Positions 58,766 to 64,000 of a DNA stretch of 64,000 bases are shown piece by piece; the stretch's first letter is position 1, and each line of letters starts with the position of its first letter. A model generated the notes under the pieces. The model saw nothing but the letters and a program-made list of their open reading frames with translations, was not told the origin of the DNA and ran no database searches. Source of the DNA: Staphylococcus phage SAC. A program made the translations under genes and the position numbers. The stretch is from sequence record OR234014.1, one strand, 5' to 3'.

Positions 58766-59716
58766 TTAAAGATTAGCAAATTCTTTTACAATATTAAAGT
58801 CTTTTTCACTTGCTTGCTCTGGATTGTTGCGGATATTTAAGTAAGCTTGATAAGCATTCAATACTTCTGAACGATTCGTATGTGGGTTTTGAGATTTTTC
58901 TTTATAGGTACTCATGAATTTTTCACGGGCTTCTACAGATAAGTCTCTACTTTCTTCTTTAACTTCTACTTCTTGTTCTTCTTTATCTTCTGTAGTTTCT
59001 GCTTGTTCTTCTGTTTGTACTGATTTAGCTACATAACCAACTACATCTTGTTCATTCGAAGTGTTATTAGTCGTTACGGATTTTTCTACTGCTTCTTCTT
59101 TATCTTCTTGGTTGCTCTCAACTGATTTAGAAACTTCTTCATTAGAATTAATTTTATCAGTTAAAGCTTGAATAGATTTAGTTACTTCTTCTAAATCTGA
59201 TTTAGTCACATATTGTTCATTTTCTTTTTTAATATCTTGGAATGATTTCAAGATAGTACGGAAACCATCTACAATATCTTTATCAGAAATAGATTTAGAT
59301 GTTTTTTCTTCCTCTTCTTCATCTTTTTCTTCTTTTTTGTCTTTTTTATTTTTTCGTTTCTCGTTGTCTTTGTCTTCTGTTTTAGTATCTTTTTTATCTA
59401 CAGGGTCTTTCGACTCCTTAGCTGACTTAGATACTTCTTCTTCTAGATTTTCTTCTTGTTCATGTGCTTCTTTAGCATCTTCTTCAGTAACCTTTGCAGG
59501 TTCTTGTGGTTCTTCTTTAGCTTCTTCTACTTGCTCTTCTGTAGCTTCTACTTCATTTTTAATTTCTTCTTTTTCTTCTGTTTTAGTGTCTTCTGTTTTA
59601 GTGTCTTCTGTTTTATCTTCTTTTACTTCTTCTTTAGACTCTTCTACAGATTTTGATACTTCTTCTTTGTCTAAGTTATCATATTCTTGTAGAATATTTT
59701 GTAATTCCGTAGGCAT
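58766..59716 (-). CDS. acidic scaffold-like protein with internal TEDTK repeats
   Basis: 316 aa, extremely Glu/Lys/Asp-rich, located between the prohead protease and the MCP. Confidence 0.45.
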   Translation of the reverse strand: MPTELQNILQEYDNLDKEEVSKSVEESKEEVKEDKTEDTKTEDTKTEEKEEIKNEVEATEEQVEEAKEEPQEPAKVTEEDAKEAHEQEENLEEEVSKSAKESKDPVDKKDTKTEDKDNEKRKNKKDKKEEKDEEEEEKTSKSISDKDIVDGFRTILKSFQDIKKENEQYVTKSDLEEVTKSIQALTDKINSNEEVSKSVESNQEDKEEAVEKSVTTNNTSNEQDVVGYVAKSVQTEEQAETTEDKEEQEVEVKEESRDLSVEAREKFMSTYKEKSQNPHTNRSEVLNAYQAYLNIRNNPEQASEKDFNIVKEFANL

Positions 59717-59729
59717 ATAATATAATCCC

Positions 59730-60521
59730 CTATTCTAAATTTTTTTTATTAATACTCATAACTGCTATCTCAGCATCTTTTCTTGATAGTCCTTTGGCTA
59801 ATTGTAATGTAATAACTGATTCTTCATAACCCATATTATTAGATTTAGTTAAGTCCTCTACTACATTATTCCAAATATCATTATACTCTTTAACATCTTT
59901 AATTTTTGTTACATAGGTTAAATTAGTAATAGAGCTTGCTAATGACTCTTTACGTAAGGCTCCTGCATCTACTTGTGTGTCTGGTGTTGTTTCCGTTCCA
60001 GTAAGGAATGATTTAACAAAACTCTCCCATGTAGCTTCAGGATTAGCTGGGTTTTTTACTAGTGCTACCCCTGTAATCATAAGTTCATCAACAATTCTAT
60101 TGTCATTTATGTTACGTTTCTTAACAGCGCCTTCTATAGAAAACCCTAAACGTCTACCACTACCTGACTTTTCTAGTTTCTCAGCTAGGTCTAACATTTT
60201 TATAACATTTTCATCATCTTTCCATAGCTTAGCTTCTATAAATAAACCTTTTTCTAAATCAACATAACAGTTATCTGTAGGTATACCTACTACATTATCT
60301 TGTTGATGTTCGTAGTTAATATATCCATTTTTTTTAAAGTATTCTATATCAATACCTTTTGGATTTATAATGTCATTCTGCAAATCAACAGCTGGTGTGG
60401 AAGCCCAACCAGATACGATAGAATATTTATTTGTATCATCTTCCGTATCTATGGATTTCTTTAAGTCCATAGGAACAAAAGCATTAAATTTCATTTCTTC
60501 CAAAGTGATTATACACCTCAC
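59730..60521 (-). CDS. prohead protease candidate
   Basis: 263 aa directly downstream of the portal gene. Assigned from synteny. Confidence 0.45.
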   Translation of the reverse strand: MRCIITLEEMKFNAFVPMDLKKSIDTEDDTNKYSIVSGWASTPAVDLQNDIINPKGIDIEYFKKNGYINYEHQQDNVVGIPTDNCYVDLEKGLFIEAKLWKDDENVIKMLDLAEKLEKSGSGRRLGFSIEGAVKKRNINDNRIVDELMITGVALVKNPANPEATWESFVKSFLTGTETTPDTQVDAGALRKESLASSITNLTYVTKIKDVKEYNDIWNNVVEDLTKSNNMGYEESVITLQLAKGLSRKDAEIAVMSINKKNLE

Positions 60522-60670
60522 TTAATTGTTATTTTATATGTACATACATAATATAACAAAAAGTATATCATCAACATTATTCATTACTACACACATAGTA
60601 TAACATAGTATAAATGTAGCTCCAAATTAAAAAATAACAACCTAAGTATTAATTAGGTTGCTAATATTAT

Positions 60671-61378
60671 CTACATAAAGTCGGAAGATTTCTCACCTTT
60701 TCTTCCTTGTCCTTTATTTGATGTTTGTGTTCTATATACGTTATCATCACCTTTTAACTGATTATCTGTTCCTACATCTTGGTTAGTTGTTTCTTGTTTA
60801 CTATCATCTGTAGGCTCATCAGTTTGTGGTTGTGTATAACTCATAAGTAATTGAAGTCTTTCTTTTTGTTTAGTATCTAGGTATTGGTCTTTTTGTATTT
60901 CTTGTGCTGTACTTTGTAAAAATGCTGAGTCAAGAATTACATCTCCACCATCTATTGGTTTCAATCCCTGTTCTTCTCTTGCTTCATTTACAGTTTTATA
61001 TACTTGTACTTCTTTTTGTAAAATACTAAGCTTATCTAACTCAGACTTAGTATCTCCTCCAACGAATTGGAAAGTATACTTATCACCAAATTCAGATATA
61101 ATGTGTCTGTTAATTAATTCTTCTATAAATCTTAATAGAGGTTGTAAACCTTTATTCATAGATTGTTGTTGCTTCTTAGCAGGGTCTGACTCATTCAATG
61201 TAGAACCGCCTTTTGACCCTGTGGCTCCTCCTCCTCTATTAGGGAATCCTATTTCAGAAGGGTCTATACCATACAAAGCAGAAATAATATTGATTAAAAA
61301 GTTTAACCATTTCTCAAATTGCATATCATTTGCTGTTGGTGTCATATTAACAAACTTAACATCATCAGCCATCATCAC
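60671..61378 (-). CDS. portal protein, 3' exon
   Basis: The frame is open upstream through ...ILDYEVPV-MMADDVKFVNM to ~61393. It continues the 62000-62992 ORF across the intron. Confidence 0.6.
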   Translation of the reverse strand: MMMADDVKFVNMTPTANDMQFEKWLNFLINIISALYGIDPSEIGFPNRGGGATGSKGGSTLNESDPAKKQQQSMNKGLQPLLRFIEELINRHIISEFGDKYTFQFVGGDTKSELDKLSILQKEVQVYKTVNEAREEQGLKPIDGGDVILDSAFLQSTAQEIQKDQYLDTKQKERLQLLMSYTQPQTDEPTDDSKQETTNQDVGTDNQLKGDDNVYRTQTSNKGQGRKGEKSSDFM

Positions 61379-61392
61379 GGGGACTTCGTAAT

Positions 61393-61996
61393 CTAAAATT
61401 TATAAAAAATTTTATTCCTTTTTCAACGTATCCCTTTTTGAGTACCTTCATCATTACTAGTTACTTTTATATACTCTACTGAGGTTTGTATGATACTCTA
61501 AAGGCGTTAATTCGGGTTTACGGAACCCTACATATCATGTTTACTGTTTTATTTAGTTAAAACATGATATGGTTTAAGTATATCATAGAAAAGATTACTT
61601 GTCAACTAGTAAAGGAATAATTTTTTTTATAAACCTTAGTTTTATTTATTTACAAACGCTACTTTGTAAACCTGTGTCATTTCACATGCTCTACCTTTCA
61701 GTACGAGACTAGACTATTTGTTATCCCTATTGTGTAGGGTAAGGATTTTTCTTCTCCCAATAGCTTGGAGCTTTACTCCCGTCTTGTAACGGGATAGTCG
61801 TTGAACGTATTCCATAGACCTTTCAGTTCTTTAGGACTTTCGATGCTAAACAACCATTGTTCTTCGTCTTAGGATTTAACCTTAACGTATCTCAATATCT
61901 TTTTTCTACTTTCGTAACATTCAAGCCTACCCTTTCGGGTTACTTTGTAGTGTATTGAGCTTTAGGTGTTCTTAGCAGTTAACCCTTCATCTATAC
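61393..61996 (-). mobile_element. group I intron in the portal gene (ORF-less) with IStron-like 3' hairpin module
   Basis: Core (61680-61996) has R GUUCAACGACUAUCCCG and S AACAAAUAGUCUAGUC. It shows compensatory P8 changes relative to the TMP copy. The 3' region contains GGGUUCCGUAAACCCGAAUUAACGCCUUU at 61495-61527, homologous to the module after tnpB. Confidence 0.65.
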
Positions 61997-61999
61997 AAA

Positions 62000-62992
62000 T
62001 TACTTTATATAGAGGCAAATTTGCCAGCTACCGTTTATACCTGAAAAACTAGATTTCCATTCTCTTTTAAAGTTCTCTAACGCATGTTGAGATTGCTGTT
62101 GGTCAGCTCTAATCTGTAAGATACCTCTTGTTGTTCCACCGTGACTGAAGAACCTATCGTTAAAACTTTCAGTATTATTATAAGCTATAAATTCTTTCAT
62201 TGCAATCTCTACTTCTGACAATCCATACCCACTAGAATTTAAGTCTGACCTAGGGTTCCTAATACCCATGACAAGTTCTCTGCTTGTAAAACTAGCTACT
62301 ACTTGCTTATCTATGACCTGTACAAAGCGATTGCCACCTTTAATTATCTTACCGTTTTTATCAGTAGCATAAAAAATGGTGCTAGGGTCTACTGCAATAA
62401 ACTTCTCCATCTTAGTTTTGTTTTTAGGACTAAAAACTTTTTCGAAGTTAACTTGGTCGTACGTGTAAGTATCTCTTACTATTTTTTTACAAAACTCTTG
62501 GAATGAATCCCTGTCTATATCTTTATCTGTACCTGTATTAAGAATAAATTCTTCAATACGTTTCATCTGTTCTTTTTCTTTAATACCAGGTGTAGCGTCT
62601 AAGTCTTTTAATTTAACTTCAAAACCTACGCCTTTTTCTGAATATCTGGCAGGTTTACAGTATGTAGATACTTGGTTAGCTCTTGTAATAATTATAGCAT
62701 TTAGTATAGAGTTATTACCAAATTTCTTTAACACTTCATGTAAGTTATGAGCATTCCTCATATAGCTCTTCTTATCTCTATAATCAGGATTTGTATCCAT
62801 CATTTCTAAAAATGGTTCTGCATAAGCTTGCTGTTTACCATACAAAGATTTAGTAATTTCTTGCATCTCTTTTGTATCTTGTTCTATTTGTCTAATGTTA
62901 GCTTGTATTCCGTCATCTATAGGAACCATAAGGTCTTCAGTGTCTTCTTTATACATACTACCTAACCTTAGACTTTTAAATAAATCAGGCAA
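62000..62992 (-). CDS. portal protein, 5' exon
   Basis: 330 aa. Combined with the 3' exon it gives ~575 aa, in line with the ~560-aa portal proteins of related phages. Confidence 0.6.
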   Translation of the reverse strand: MPDLFKSLRLGSMYKEDTEDLMVPIDDGIQANIRQIEQDTKEMQEITKSLYGKQQAYAEPFLEMMDTNPDYRDKKSYMRNAHNLHEVLKKFGNNSILNAIIITRANQVSTYCKPARYSEKGVGFEVKLKDLDATPGIKEKEQMKRIEEFILNTGTDKDIDRDSFQEFCKKIVRDTYTYDQVNFEKVFSPKNKTKMEKFIAVDPSTIFYATDKNGKIIKGGNRFVQVIDKQVVASFTSRELVMGIRNPRSDLNSSGYGLSEVEIAMKEFIAYNNTESFNDRFFSHGGTTRGILQIRADQQQSQHALENFKREWKSSFSGINGSWQICLYIK

Positions 62993-62996
62993 CTTT

Positions 62997-63371
62997 TTAT
63001 TTACCTCCTCGAATAGTAGTTAGTATAACAGTGTTATTATAGGTAATGTCTTGGATATGTTTAGGAATATTTATCTTTACTTCGAATGGTTCTTCTATAT
63101 AGTAAAACATTTTCTTACTTTCCATAACAATATCATAATCCTCTAACACAATATTATTATCCTTATCTACCAATATTACTTTATTATCCTTTGTAGCTTC
63201 TAGTACCATATATTTAACTTTATCAATAGCAATAAACATAGCTACATGTTTACCACCTATCTGTCTATAATAATCCACTACTTCTATCCAATTATCTGCT
63301 AATCCTTGACCTTTTATAAAGTCTTTTGCTTCATCCCATTTATCGTCTTTTGAAAATAGCAAATGCTTCAA
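62997..63371 (-). CDS. hypothetical protein
   Basis: 124-aa ORF. Confidence 0.35.
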   Translation of the reverse strand: MKHLLFSKDDKWDEAKDFIKGQGLADNWIEVVDYYRQIGGKHVAMFIAIDKVKYMVLEATKDNKVILVDKDNNIVLEDYDIVMESKKMFYYIEEPFEVKINIPKHIQDITYNNTVILTTIRGGK

Positions 63372-63727
63372 TCCTTTAATTTTTTATTTTTTAAATTCCT
63401 AGTATTTACAATCTTCATAACTAAAAACCAAAAACTGACTATTACAGCTCCAAAGAAACTTATACCAAAAACAATTAAAGGGTTATTAAACCCTACATAC
63501 TGCTCTGTATTCTCAATAGAGTCTATAACATCATTTTTTATAATGATTGACGTGGCTTGAAACATTGTTAATACTACATAAGAACCTATAGAAATTATAG
63601 CATATATCAAGTATAGAACCAACTTACTACTTTTTTCAGTTTTAATATACGCAAATACCATTAGTGCTAGTAGACTTACACAAGCAAAAACTACGGATAT
63701 AGCTGTAAGTACGTTTAATCCTATCAA
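63368..63727 (-). CDS. membrane protein (3 predicted transmembrane helices)
   Basis: 119 aa with three long hydrophobic segments. Confidence 0.5.
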   Translation of the reverse strand: MIGLNVLTAISVVFACVSLLALMVFAYIKTEKSSKLVLYLIYAIISIGSYVVLTMFQATSIIIKNDVIDSIENTEQYVGFNNPLIVFGISFFGAVIVSFWFLVMKIVNTRNLKNKKLKD

Positions 63728-63771
63728 AAAATCACCAACTATAATGTTTATTTTATTACTCTTTTAATATA

Positions 63772-63800
63772 GCAAAAAAAGGAGAGGTTATCCCTCTCCA
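63772..63800 (-). terminator. rho-independent terminator
   Basis: Minus strand reads ggagagggataacctctcc (perfect 7-bp stem) followed by T7. It overlaps the stop codon of the repeat-containing gene. Confidence 0.6.
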
Positions 63801-64000
63801 TTAGTATCATTACTTTCATCTACAGGTGTGCTAGGTTCCAATGGAACTAAAGGTATCGTAGTATCTGAGCTAGGTTTTTCAGGTTCTATAGGTTTTTCAG
63901 GTTCTATAGGTTTTTCAGGTTCTATAGGTTTTTCAGGTTCTATAGGTTTTTCAGGTTCTATAGGTTTTTCAGGTTCTATAGGTTTTTCAGGTTCTATAGG
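63788..64000 (-). CDS. C-terminal end of a protein with (PIEPEK)n tandem repeats; gene continues beyond window end
   Basis: Minus-strand translation gives ...PIEPEKPIEPEKPIEPEKPSSDTTIPLVPLEPSTPVDESNDTNGEG*. The repeat is encoded by a perfect 18-bp tandem array. Confidence 0.5.
   Translation of the reverse strand, partial: PIEPEKPIEPEKPIEPEKPIEPEKPIEPEKPIEPEKPIEPEKPSSDTTIPLVPLEPSTPVDESNDTNGEG
63873..64000 (-). repeat. perfect 18-bp tandem repeat (ggtttttcaggttctata), at least 7 copies, running off the window
   Basis: Directly visible, with no interspersed spacers. In frame, encoding PIEPEK hexapeptides. Confidence 0.9.

Noticed and set aside
63873-64000. Considered whether the perfect 18-bp tandem array could be a CRISPR array.
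   Set aside because: The units are directly adjacent with no spacers, the array is in-frame coding sequence (PIEPEK repeats) ending at a stop codon and terminator, and no cas genes or leader are present.
1-64000. Searched intergenic regions for tRNA-like or other structured RNA genes, and for lysogeny functions.
   Set aside because: No cloverleaf-compatible segment with an anticodon loop was recognised. The structured intergenic RNAs present are explained as group I introns or terminators. No integrase, repressor or excisionase-like ORFs are present.

Overview
This window is a contiguous, almost entirely minus-strand stretch of a virulent myovirus genome, AT-rich (~30% GC), with gene content and order typical of Staphylococcus Twort/K-like phages (Herelleviridae). 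No integrase or repressor is present. Reading in transcription direction (high to low coordinate): a partial gene carrying (PIEPEK)n repeats, a membrane protein, portal, prohead protease, acidic scaffold-like protein, major capsid protein, virion proteins, tail sheath, tail tube, assembly chaperones, tape measure protein (TMP), glucosaminidase/lytic-transglycosylase tail proteins, an 810-aa CHAP-domain tail-associated muralytic enzyme (TAME), baseplate and receptor-binding proteins, a split SF2 helicase, an HTH protein, a DnaB-like ATPase, a DNA methyltransferase cassette, SbcD/SbcC, primase, an Hjc-like resolvase, a ribonucleotide reductase operon, an HU-like protein and the start of a family-A DNA polymerase. 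The striking property is the density of self-splicing group I introns: at least eight, all minus-strand, identified by R/S core elements, P7 pairing and compensatory stem changes. They interrupt the RNR catalytic subunit (with a GIY-YIG homing endonuclease), the helicase Walker A motif (ORF-less, ~247 nt), the TMP, the tail tube gene (two tandem introns), a virion protein gene and the portal gene. The virion-gene element is an IStron-like chimera, a group I intron core fused to an intact IS605-family TnpB (RuvC D/E/D plus zinc finger). The portal intron keeps the same ~35-nt 3' hairpin module without TnpB, and three intron cores are ~85-90% identical. Other points: an RNR whose R2 subunit carries an N-terminal ATP-cone while the catalytic subunit lacks one and no NrdI is present; a methyltransferase module bracketed by two ~45-bp direct repeats that each encode a perfect TTGACA-N17-TATACT promoter inside a hairpin with a compensatory base change; and many ORF-track C-termini (TMP, helicase, nrdE, portal, virion protein) that are intron-encoded artefacts. 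All coordinates for introns, promoters and terminators were derived by eye and may be off by a few nt.
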